Shown here piece by piece: positions 27,639 through 38,554 of a DNA stretch of 64,000 bases (its first letter is position 1; every line of letters starts with the position of its first letter). Position numbers and translations under genes: made by a program. The notes under the pieces were generated by a model. That model had not been told where the DNA came from and ran no database searches. It worked only from the letters and a program-made list of their open reading frames with translations. This stretch comes from Neodothiora populina (Eukaryota). The stretch is taken from NCBI RefSeq assembly GCF_041146345.1, contig NW_027191405.1, positions 1,240,001-1,304,000 on the forward strand, read 5' to 3'.

Positions 27639-28268
27639 TCAGATAACAACAAATTGATCATAATGCTAAGTCGTAGCCGAGTATCAAGCATTGAGATGTC
27701 GATCAAGCAAGCTTACCTGAAATGGACCAACGATTCCATCTTCTACATTCTGTAGCTTGACAGGTATCAATGCGTCAGTATCCCAAATACCTCCGTGTCC
27801 CTAGATGCGCAATGTCAAGAGCCTACCTGACTTTCAGCATCCACTAATCCCATGCCGTGATGCTTCCTTCTGAACACAAAATCTCTCCCCGTCTCGTGTG
27901 CACCACGTGGCGCCGTCATGCATTTCTCTGCTTCCACAGTACTTGTCATGTACATGCACCATCATCATTATCGCTATCGCCTGCCTGCCTGCCTGCCTCT
28001 CTGTCTCTCTGTTTTGGTACTTACCTTCACGTCTGCATGTCTCGACGTCTGTAGTGTGATGTCTTGATCCTTCCGATGGGGGATAGCTGGTTGTACAGTG
28101 CACGTGTACCTTCTTGAGACGAGGGGCAAGATGAAGCTCCGACGAACGAGGGAGGGGGAGAATGGGGCCAGAAATCCAGACTCGATACACGTAAGGCCAT
28201 GCAGTACTTGTTGCACACAACGGCTCTTCCTCTGGCGTAGGTATGTTTGTGAGTACTTGTAACCACAT
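27639..28268 (-). other. Putative spliced orphan transcript (possible 134-aa ORF or lncRNA)
   Basis: Three consecutive minus-strand introns (28024-27928 GTAAGT..CAG; 27826-27750 GTAGGC..TACTGAC..CAG; 27716-27666 GTAAGC..TAG) keep one frame open from ATG 28268 to TGA 27639. No recognisable domain. Confidence 0.3.
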
Positions 28269-28710
28269 GTGCTGTGCAACACACAGCTCGTGGATGTCAG
28301 CGCGACTAATAGATTCAGTGTAAGTTTCGGAGGGTTCGCCGAAAGTGGGTTAGCAATTGCACGAAAAGGTGAAGGGGTGGAAGGTAGGGTAACCCTGTCT
28401 GCGTTTTCACCTTTACCTGCTACATTGTTCACGAATCCAGGTTGGAGTGGGATTAATCAGGCTAGCTAAGGTGACTTGGAGTAACAGATATTTACGATCT
28501 CCTATTCCTTCTAATCGGCATCCCAGATATGTGGTGAGGGAATTCGTCATGTTTTTTCTATATCGAGTCCCAAGCATATGACAACGGCAAGACTGATGCC
28601 AGGTGAAGTGAGTGGGTGCTGCACCAAGCTTTTTACCATCCTTCATACAAGACTCAATTGTCCTCGTCATCAGTCATTGAGGTTCCTTCACTTGAACACA
28701 TACGTGCTAC

Positions 28711-29153
28711 AACAAGCTTTCCACCACTTCTATAAAAGTTTCGCTCAAATTCCCCTGTACCTGCCTTACTTACCATCGAGATCAATAATACATTAGTCCA
28801 CCAGCAAACCCCAACTTCAATATGATGCGCTATTATCCCGAAGTCCTCGACAGCGTCGAGACCCTCAACCTGATCGGCTTCACCAAACCAACCGCAGAGA
28901 GCATCTTCGCTCAATGGTCAGCACGAGGCGATAATTCTGATGGGCTAATGCACTATGTCATCGCACATCTGAGGCAAATCGAGGATCCTGACTTGGAATG
29001 TTTCTCGGAGAGAAGTGCAATGGCTCGCATCGGGATCAACTCCAGAACTATAGATGCGTTGACCGACCCTTCTCTGTGCGGAAATAGCTGGGACCGAGAC
29101 ATTGTTGTTTCTGGCTGGAGGATACTTTCCGAGTGAGATATTTCGGCTACGAC
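28711..29153 (+). pseudogene. Truncated, frameshifted paralog (promoter plus 5' domain) of the gene at 38555-39945
   Basis: YPEVLDSVETLNLIGF...TIDALTDPS matches HPEVLDSVTTLELIGF...TIDALTDPA at 48 of 80 residues (hand count). Similarity continues through two frameshifts (EIAGTETLLF / WLEDTFRVRYFGYD vs AIRETETLAYWLKDTFTLRYDGYE). The promoter motif is shared. Confidence 0.85.
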
Positions 29154-29292
29154 AAGAAGGGGCGGTAAAGGGGCAGTGAAGGGGTAGCGAGAAGGGCAGT
29201 GAAGGGGTAAGTGAAGGGGTGGCGAAGTAGTGGTAATGGAGTAGTGAAGCAGCAGCTAAGAAGCAGTGAAGGCGCAGCAGAGGGGCAGTAAA
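29154..29292. repeat. Degenerate purine-rich minisatellite (about 11-bp unit, GCAGTGAAGGG-like)
   Basis: Successive variants gggcagtgaa, ggggtagcga, gggcagtgaa, ggggtaagtgaa, gtagtgaag, gcagtgaagg and gggcagtaaa. Confidence 0.7.
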
Positions 29293-29412
29293 ACATCACT
29301 CATTCACTTGTATGTCCCACTGTGCACTCGGTGGGTCTATAAAAGATAAAAATATCGCAATGTCTTGCTTTGAGATACAGAAGAATATATCACGCACTAG
29401 ACTCGGCAGGCA

Positions 29413-30711
29413 TTACTGCCCAACTCCACCACCCCCATATGAGGATACCCTACGATCCCCGCTAATGTCATGCACAAGCCCGAAATCAAAGGTAGATAGT
29501 TCGTTGCCAGAGGGATAGTGCACCATAGGTGAGCTTCTCCTCCTAGGACTCCGTGCAGGAATGACAGGCGGCTCTTCCTCATCATCGTCATCATCACCAT
29601 CCTCCTCGGACGTGAAAGGATTTGACACGCCAACGCTGTGTCTGTAGTGATCATGATCGTGCTGTTGTGCTTCGTTGAGGCTCGTATACTGACCAGGTCC
29701 ACCACGCCAGAAGCCATGCCACCGCGGATCGTCATCGGCTGGGCTGATCGGGCTCACTGGACTCATTGGTTCACGCATGAGGGCTGGCGAGTAAGGGGTT
29801 GACGGTCGGCGGGGCGGGGCAGCGGCAGCACCAGCCAGTTCTGACCTCGCCACAGCTGATTGGCTATCGTTGGAAGGGGTATGTACCGTGTCCCCATGCA
29901 GTTCATGTATTAGAGCTGGGTCTTCGGCAACATGGTTGAATTGTCGGGAGCTAGGCTCTACATAGCTTGCGTACGGAGAGTATGATATATCGCCATCGTT
30001 GGGGGCTTGCTCATACCGCCTTGGCGGCTCGTCGGTGTGAATCCCCAGACCCGTATATGCTGTATGAGTCTGCATTGGCATCGCCGGCGGAAGTGGAGCG
30101 TCCAGATTTATGTACTTCTCCGGAAAGTTGGCTGAGCTCGAGTCCTGTGTGTGCCATGGCCGGATACCTGACTCTGAAGCACTACTGGACCAATTCGAAG
30201 CATACTTCGCTTTTGACCCCTTACGGCGTTTCACAAGCCATGCGAGAAAGACAAAGGCTGCGATGGCCGCGCATCCCAGTCCGACCCCGAGGCCGATACC
30301 GAGATACTTCCCATTGTTGTTACCGTTCTCAGTGTTCGCGGACACGGTCTTGGCACTGTTTGTCGTAGACGTTGGACTGGAACTGCTTTGCTCTGTTGCA
30401 CTAGGTATCACATTCGACGTGCTTCTTTCCGCCGCACTTGATTGAGGCGTCGACGAGCTAGATCTCGTTGCGGTCGAAATGCTAGATTGTGATGAAGCAC
30501 CTGTATGGAAGATGTAGGTAGAAGAGTCGATGACAACGGTTCCCGGCCAGGTAAGTGAGGCAATGTCCGACAGCGCTGCAGATGGGTAGTATGAACTTAT
30601 GAGTGATTCCGCTACACCCCAGAGTGACTGGATAGTTGGGTTGGTGTACGAGGCACTGGCAGTCGTAGTGACATCATCTGCTGCGGTGGAGGGAGTCGTT
30701 TGCGATGTCAT
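29413..30711 (-). CDS. Single-pass membrane protein with Ser/Thr-rich ectodomain (Mid2/Wsc-like architecture)
   Basis: 432-aa intronless ORF with an S/T-rich N-terminal half, a TM helix YLGIGLGVGLGCAAIAAFVFLAWLV followed by KRRK, and a Pro/Tyr-rich disordered tail. Confidence 0.8.
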   Translation of the reverse strand: MTSQTTPSTAADDVTTTASASYTNPTIQSLWGVAESLISSYYPSAALSDIASLTWPGTVVIDSSTYIFHTGASSQSSISTATRSSSSTPQSSAAERSTSNVIPSATEQSSSSPTSTTNSAKTVSANTENGNNNGKYLGIGLGVGLGCAAIAAFVFLAWLVKRRKGSKAKYASNWSSSASESGIRPWHTQDSSSANFPEKYINLDAPLPPAMPMQTHTAYTGLGIHTDEPPRRYEQAPNDGDISYSPYASYVEPSSRQFNHVAEDPALIHELHGDTVHTPSNDSQSAVARSELAGAAAAPPRRPSTPYSPALMREPMSPVSPISPADDDPRWHGFWRGGPGQYTSLNEAQQHDHDHYRHSVGVSNPFTSEEDGDDDDDEEEPPVIPARSPRRRSSPMVHYPSGNELSTFDFGLVHDISGDRRVSSYGGGGVGQ

Positions 30712-31468
30712 GATCTAACCATTACACGCAAGAATAATTAATTTTTGGTATAAAAACTCCAGGCGTTCGAACAGGTATTTAGTGCAATGAAGCAGAGCCG
30801 TTGCATCGATCAACGCCCGCGAAGGAAAGATATATAAAGACGGGGGTAATTAAAAGTGGGCAGGATGGTCTGGAACTTACGGGCGAGCGTACAAACAGGA
30901 TGTATGGCGCGCGACTACATGGGCGCGCAGCACGATAAGGTGTGATAAAACCCGACCCATCACCTACTTTGCGTAGCCGATATGGCTTCGATTATCCCAA
31001 ATGGTGTAAGAAAAGGTCAATCATCCTTGGTCCTGCAGCATAGCCTGAAAAATCAAGGTTGTATCAACGATCAACATGCGCTCATTGGCTGAAGTCCAGC
31101 CGCTCAATGACGGAGAGTGTGGCGTCCGGTGTGTGGCTGAGTTTCAAGGATTCAGTACGTACCTCACTGTAACCCTCATTCCTCAAGTGGGTTCGTCAGT
31201 ATCGCAGTTTCGTGATAGGGCAGCGTTCGCAGTTACAGTTGTATAAGCCAGCGCATGCGTTCCTGCGGCACCAAAAGGTTATCTGCCGGTCAGATGCTTC
31301 GTCTATATTGGGTATAATAATATAAATCAATATGCTGAGAACCTCTCTTTTGTCCATCCAATTATGTATACTCGCCCAATCACCAAATAGCTCACTCATA
31401 ACTTTCAACCTGGACAATCTGAATATTCATAGGCCGTGTTCTGTTCCGCTACTCAGTTGCAGAAGATG

Positions 31469-33822
31469 CTAAGCACCGCGGTAAGTGTCCAGCGGAGGTG
31501 AGACGCTGCTATCATGATGTGCCGTAGTCATGATTTGTGCTGAATTTACTGCAGACAACCCTGACCATGACGCAAATTGCTGTGCGGGTGGTGCCGAAGG
31601 TAGGATGATATTTTGCTGCGATGATGCTTGTGTATACTGCGAGCTTGGGACAGATTGGCCTGGATCATGAGAATGAATCTGATGCAAGTCTGGAGGATAC
31701 GTCGGCGTCGCAACCGGATGGATATTAGTAGGGCTTGAGTAGAGCTGGCCAAACGGCGATGGGGTGCCCAAAGAGTCTTGACCGAAAGAACCTTCATGCT
31801 GATAAGATGGCCTCCCAGAAGACTGCCCGGGCAGACTAGTAGTGCCTTGTAATTCCCAGGAACGCCGATTCAAGTCTTGGAGAAGATCTTCAGAATCTGC
31901 CTGAAAGCGATCTCGCCAGCTCATATAGCCCCAGCGCATACCAAAAATGCTCAGACAATCCGTGAATTTCTTGAGACAAGAGATGCTCCTGGCTATATTT
32001 GTCTGAACGTCTCTCGGCGTACTGGGCACTGGTGGCGGTGGCGCTGAATCTAATGGAACATGCGGAAGATCTGGCATCAATCCAGAGAGTAGCCTGTCCT
32101 GATTGTTTTGAAGGACTTCGATGAATTGTCGTCCAGTCATGTACGCCCTCATGGCGTCATAGAAGCTGATCGGAGCAGCATGTTTTCGGTTCTCGACATG
32201 TGTTGTCATCTTTTCCGAGTATTGTATTGCATATTCGAAGATCAGCGCTTGGGCGAACGGTGCAACGTTAGGTACTCGTGGAGAAGGTGCAAGGACATAG
32301 ATGTAGGAATATAGAAGATTGAGCTCTAAGAAAGAACGGAGATGCTGGCTGATCGTCGTTGGCAGATGGTCCCACCAAACCTTCATCGAAAGACATATCC
32401 TCCATATACTCGGATATGGATCTTGCCATGGCTCACGGCCGGATTGGAATAGTTCCGCATACCAAGCAGACTGTAGGGTCCTGAGTTTGAATAGCTCCGG
32501 GGCAGTGTCCAAGGTTTTAAGAGTGATGCTATCTATTGTTTTCGAGAGCTGCCCTTGTTTTCGTGCGGCAGAATGGGCGGCAGTAAACGGCATGCTGACG
32601 TTGGACGAGTCATCTGAGAAGGAAAATGCTCGTGTCTGAACAAGACTTGTTGATCTGTCGAACGCATATACGCACCAGAATACTCTTCTGCGAAGCTCGA
32701 GTTTAGACCGCGGCATATGGGTCCCTTTTGGTGGATCTTGATGCAGACCAATGTCGACCATGGCGCGAGAAGCAGCGCCAATCAGGCTCCAGCTATCAAA
32801 GTGATGTGGGTCAATCATTGCGTATTCATGCAGTAGTAGCATAGCCTGAATACTTTGTATCGATCCAGGTCGCAGGACATGCTCAGCCTCTCGTAGAGCT
32901 GCAGACACATGACCCACAGCAGCCATGTAGTTAGAGTCGCCTCTTTGCTCTAATCTACCGGCATGAGCGATACCGAGCACCATGCGGACCATGAAGCGGT
33001 CAAAGGGGGTTGCTACTCCTTCTCTGTTACTATAGACTGCGTCAAACGATAGGAAGAAGCTGGTTTCTTGGAACAGAGGATATAGAATGAAGAAGTTGTC
33101 ATAGTAATGCTGGATAATTTGAGTGGCCTCATTCCTTGGTGGTAACGGTTGGTGTATTACTTGCGGCAAAGGGTCCCTGTTACAAGCGGAAAGGATGAGT
33201 TGTGCGTAGGACACGGTTCCAGTGAATCCGTAGGCAAAATCTCGAGCAGTAGCGCTCACGGAACTGCACCACGTAAATACATCACCGCAGAATGTAAAGA
33301 CATATGGACTTACAGAAAGCCAAAGTCAGAAACCAAGTCATCGATTTGGAGGCGCTCTTGTCGCTTTGCTGCTTTAGTCTCACCGGCTGGTGGAGGAATG
33401 ATAGCCTGCGCTGCTTCTAGCTCGCCCGGAGTCGTGTCTTGATCAGACATACTGATGACCGATGATTTTCGCTGTTTAGCTTCCTGGATCCTACGCTCCA
33501 GTCTTTCGATCTTTGTCTCAAGTGTCGATACATAGCTGCGCTCTTTTCCTCGGGCAAACTGATCGTTGGTGCTCGAGCAGTCAGAAGCCTTACCGGCCCT
33601 TTCGCAGGAAGTACATGACTGTCGCTCGGAATCAATACCGATATCGTTGATGGTGGATTACAACATCGAAAATACAGACTTACGTACCGGAAGCTTGCCG
33701 TCACATTTGATCTTGGCTGCCCTGCACCTCGAGCAAGCGGCGACAGGCCTGCTGACTCGAAGAAGGGGAGTCTCCAGGACCATGAGGTCCAAACCCGGGG
33801 TGTAGAAGCCGAGTGCTGCCAT
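31469..33822 (-). CDS. Zn(II)2Cys6 transcription factor with fungal middle-homology domain (Stb5/Ppr1-like class), 3 exons
   Basis: RVSRPVAACSRCRAAKIKCDGKLP|SCTSCERAGKASDC across intron 33687-33619, with a second intron at 33313-33264. The middle domain has ELRRRVFWCVYAFDRS. The start could be 33822 or 33783. Confidence 0.92.
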
Positions 33823-35403
33823 CGAGAGATCAGTAAAAGGGACAGTGGCTTTCGCGCCGACAAGACTGCCCCCGTATATAGCGTAGCAGCCATGGTCTAC
33901 CTGAGGTGTGATAAGGCACACAGCCTACGGAGTCGCCGATACATGACATGGCACGGGGAAGGATTGATGCACGAGGGATAGTAGGTGGCTTAACCCCAGG
34001 AGACACTCACGAAATTCGGCTGACTATTGACACACAGACGGCTCCAGTCCTTCTTGTTCACCAGATAGAGGAAAGAGAACAATTGCGCTATCGATCAGTC
34101 AGGGAGTAAATAGAGCAGGCGTTCGATATCTGCTCTCGGATTGTAAAGCCAAGCTTTTGAGAAAGCACAGGAGCTTGGAGAAGGAACACCACAGGGCAAC
34201 GTCGTATGGGGTAGCGTCGCAGGAACCAGTGGAAAATAGGTAAGCTAAGGTGATGGAGCTACTGTGCGTGCTTGTAGGGGCTCGGTACTGGACGTGTGCG
34301 CAATCTCGCGCGGAACGGGTCCTCGAATGTAGCCTGGAGAGGAAAGATCGTTGGCCATTTCCGCTTCGTCGAATCACATTCGAGAACAGCCTCTCAAAGG
34401 TTGTGATATTATGCCTTTCTGGAGCTCGGAGGGCGAAGCCTTTAGCCCGAGGCAAGGCTAGGGATCCTTCGATATGTGATTGGCTACCTCTATTGCGAAC
34501 GAGTCCAAGCTCGAGGATATGAGTGCCGACGCACTTTCGCCTCAGCTGCGATTGAGCCGCTATGTGGAACACGCAATTACCTTACATTTAGGTACTTTTT
34601 TCCATGACCTTATTGCACCGTTGTGCTTCGGTAGGTGATTTTGTACTAGTGCTCCTTGCAGTTCGTGAGTCGAAGTCTGCGATATCGCGGATTGGCGCTT
34701 GTGGATCTCCCGCGCGGCTCAATTGAGAGTTCGCAATAATCCCTGTAGTGGTGTAGGACGAAAAGGTGATGCACCGTTGATGTCCATACCTTACTTGTGA
34801 ACCAAATCCACAGAACCGAGAACCGAGAAATGAGAAATCTCAGCGATATCTTACTAAGAACCATCGCTCCAGGCCTGAGATATTGTATGCTTTTTGTTAG
34901 CCGGGCGAGTGCGGAATCGGCCAACCGGCCCTTGTCTCTGTTCTTTCTTGTCTGCGTCGCTGCACTGATGCTTGTCCACTCATGTTTGGAGTTCGCGTAA
35001 TAATAATACAGGCCCACCTTTGATGATCCGAAGTGCTCTAGCTTGCATATCATATCGTACAGTAGGGCCACAACGTCTCGACGCCGTTCCACATTACCAC
35101 CTTAAGGCATACCGGCGCGGTGCAACAGCTGCCTGTCTTGCTGTATACCCTTTACATAGCGTGGTCATCTTTTGCGGCTCTCAGTAAAGCCTGGTTTCAT
35201 GTTTCCTGACCAAAAATCCATGTGAACATACCATATTCAATCTTTGCATAGGTACTGTGCTTCATGAAGCCGCGCATAAAGCAATAAATTGCAGGTCGCA
35301 CAACGTTGGACTTTCAGGCCACCACACAATTGCGTTGCGCGAGACGACTATGCCAACATCTACTTGAAAGCGAACGTTCGACTACAATCCCGCCCAGGTC
35401 GGT

Positions 35404-38091
35404 ATGGCCTCCAACTTCACTGAAACCAGCATGCAAGCAGCGAGTCATCCTCGTAATACAGTTGCCAGGCCCGTCAAATCCAAGGCTGTCGCTGGGAATG
35501 GAATCACACAAGCTCCCGATGAGGGCTCGTCGCGCATTGCGCACACTTTGACAGCCTGTACACGGTGTAGACAGGTATGCGCTGACCCATCTTATCTTCG
35601 GCCATCAAGCTTATCGAAAGCAGAGAAAAACACGATGCGACCCTGGTCTGCCTCGTTGCGGGCCTTGCGAGCGGACCAACTTTGTCTGCGAGTATTGGGA
35701 TCCGTCCAAAGGGCGCAATGTTAACCGAGACTATGTCGTCTATCTGCAGCATAGAGTACGTAACCTCGAAACGCAACTAGAGAAACTCGAAAAGGACGAA
35801 GATCACGATGATCCGGAGGTGTTGGTACGGAGTGGTGCGGGAGTAAAGCTTGGAGAGGCAGACGAAACGAAATACCTTGGGCCATCGAGCGGGACACAGA
35901 TGATACGCATTGTCATGCTGCTTGCGAAGCAATTTACCGATTCGATAACCATCAAAGATGTTGTCACCGAGAGCAAGGCTCGCCATGCCAAAGCAATGTA
36001 CGACGCCGAGGCTTCGAAGCCAACCTCCAAGATTTATCCCTTGACGAGTGATGTCGCCGCCGAGGACCTTCCCAACAGAGGTCTGACCGATCTTCTGGTT
36101 CAGCTGTACAACTTGAAAGGTATATACTTCGTGGGTCGAGGCTGTAACAGAACCCCGTGTTGACATGAGATGTAGTGCAACCTATGTACCCAGCCTTGCA
36201 TGAGCCGACATTTGCTCGCGACGTAGCAACGGTCTATGCTGGAAACGGAGATGACTACCAGTGCTTCATCCTTCGTATGGTCATTGCCATAAGTCTACAG
36301 AAGATGGACACACAATACGCTGGACTTGCCGACAGTTATTATCTCGCTGCCCTGAAATATCTACAACCGGTCATCAAGCCGATGGATCTGAAGACCCTTC
36401 AAGCGTTCGCCTTGTTGGCGGAATACTCGCTCCTCACACCTACACGGACGGCTATCTACTATGTGATGGGTCTCGCTGTTCGCCTATCGCAGGCGCTAGG
36501 CATCAACGAAGAGAGGACGATTACAAGGGCGAAAGGCGGGGGTCAGGCGGATTGCCTGGAAGTGGATATGAGAAGGCGACTATTCTGGTGTACTTGGGTA
36601 ATGGAGCTTGGTTTGGCGCATAGTCTCGGCAGGCCATCCATTCTGGCGACTGGTCGCGAGCACATCGACGTTGCCTTTTTCGAAGCGGTCCCAGACGAAT
36701 ACATCACCCCCGAAGGAATCCTCCCAGGCGCACCGAGACCGACGCTGAAAAAGTGGATCGCAATCCATTTCTTCAAGATGCGTCTGCTTCAATTAGAAAT
36801 TCGTAGGAAGCTCTATCTCAAGAAGAGATCACACCCTAAAGATGACCAGGATCCTTGGTTCCAGCAAATGAACGCGAAACTCGAAGCCTGGAGGGACGCC
36901 AGCCCGACTAATGACGACGGCAGTGGTCTCAACAAGATCTGGTTCATCGCAAGATACAACACTATGATCGTTATGCTGTTCAGACCGTCGCCGCAGGTCT
37001 CTAGACCGACGCTCGCGGCGGCAGAGAAATGTTTCAATGCATGCGTGTACAACATATATGTGCAGCGTGAGCAAATCACGCTGGGTGCCATAGACATGAC
37101 CTGGATTTTCACTCAGGCAATCTTCATGGCCATCAATACCGTTCTTTGGGCTCTCTCATACGCGGGAATCCGGAAAAATCATCCTAAAGAAACTGTGGAA
37201 AAACACTTGGCAGCTGCTATGGAGGCCATCAACATCTGTTCGGCCCGCTGGCCCGGGGTAACGTCTGCAATATCACTGTACGAAGATCTCATCCAGGCCA
37301 TTCTGAAGATCTATGATAAGGATGGCGACATTCAGCTCCCCGAGATGACACCTTCTGACACTACTTCGCCACATCCATCGTCAGAACACCCGGCTCGCTC
37401 GCGCACGGCGAGTCCTGCAACAATGTCGTCGTCGTCAGTCGCGACACCACCAGACCGAACAGTGCACTCTTTTCACCGCCCGAGAAACAGCGTCGAGCAG
37501 CCACCACCAATGCCATATCAAGCAAGCATCGCCACATCCCCGGCTAATCAAGGCCAGAGTCCTACCAATCACCGTTCGTCATCGGGACTGACCAATCAGA
37601 CCGGCTCTTACTTCGAGAGCACCACAACCTCTCCCGCGGCTTATCCAATGGGCTCAATGTCCCAGCAAAGCCCACCAATCAATCTCTTTGACCCGCAATC
37701 TCAGTTCAACCCACTGCCTACCAATTTCATGGACTACACCGCAGCGGGATGGAACCCAGCATATGTCGCGGCAGCTCAAGGATCCAGCCCATTCACATAT
37801 GATTGCAACGACCGGAACGGCTCTTCTGCCGCATCGTACGGAATCGCACCATCTTCCCAGCAGTATTTCACCGGGTCCGATCCATTAGCATACACACAAG
37901 ATGCTGCAGATTCGTTGAACCCCAATATATGGGCTCAGGACGTGATGCAGTTTGGCAATGGACTGGACATGACACAGCAAATGGAACTGATGCAGTCTCT
38001 TGAAACAGAAGGCATGCAGGACATTCAGCAGATGATTACGCATACAAGCCGAATATGGAATCCGCAGGGCGCGTCACACGGTTCGTCCTGA
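35404..38091 (+). CDS. Zn(II)2Cys6 transcription factor with fungal middle-homology domain (Ppr1/UaY-like class), 3 exons
   Basis: RIAHTLTACTRCRQ|RKTRCDPGLPRCGPCERTNFVC, then YLGPSSG and DMRRRLFWCTWVMELGLAHSLGRP. Introns at about 35574-35623 and 36120-36175. Confidence 0.92.
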
Positions 38092-38554
38092 TGAGTGCCG
38101 AAGTTGCGAACGGGCTCGACAATAATAACCAAGGTGTTGACATAAAGTTCCTGTCGCCATGCAGGATTGACAGGGAAAGGAGCAGCATATCATGGTTCTA
38201 GGCGGAAGCAGGAGATGATGTGAACGAGTGAAACGAAACATGGACGGCCGTCATTTATTATGAAGTATACCCCAGCGATAACAATTCGCTAAATGCCAAT
38301 TTGAATATGAAAGGCAGGCGATGCAGATAGGAGGGGATTATCATCCCCAAATCAAAGGCATAAGCACATACATATCTCTACACAGATACAAAGCTTACTT
38401 TAACACTCCATGAATCTTTTCGTGACCGCTCATACGTGGGTGTCGCTAAGAGCGAAACCATGTATGTAAAATGTGTACGACTTCTAATGGTCACGCATGT
38501 GTGCCAGGATACAGTCAAGGTGCCAGATGTGACATTGAAACAATCTACGTATCC

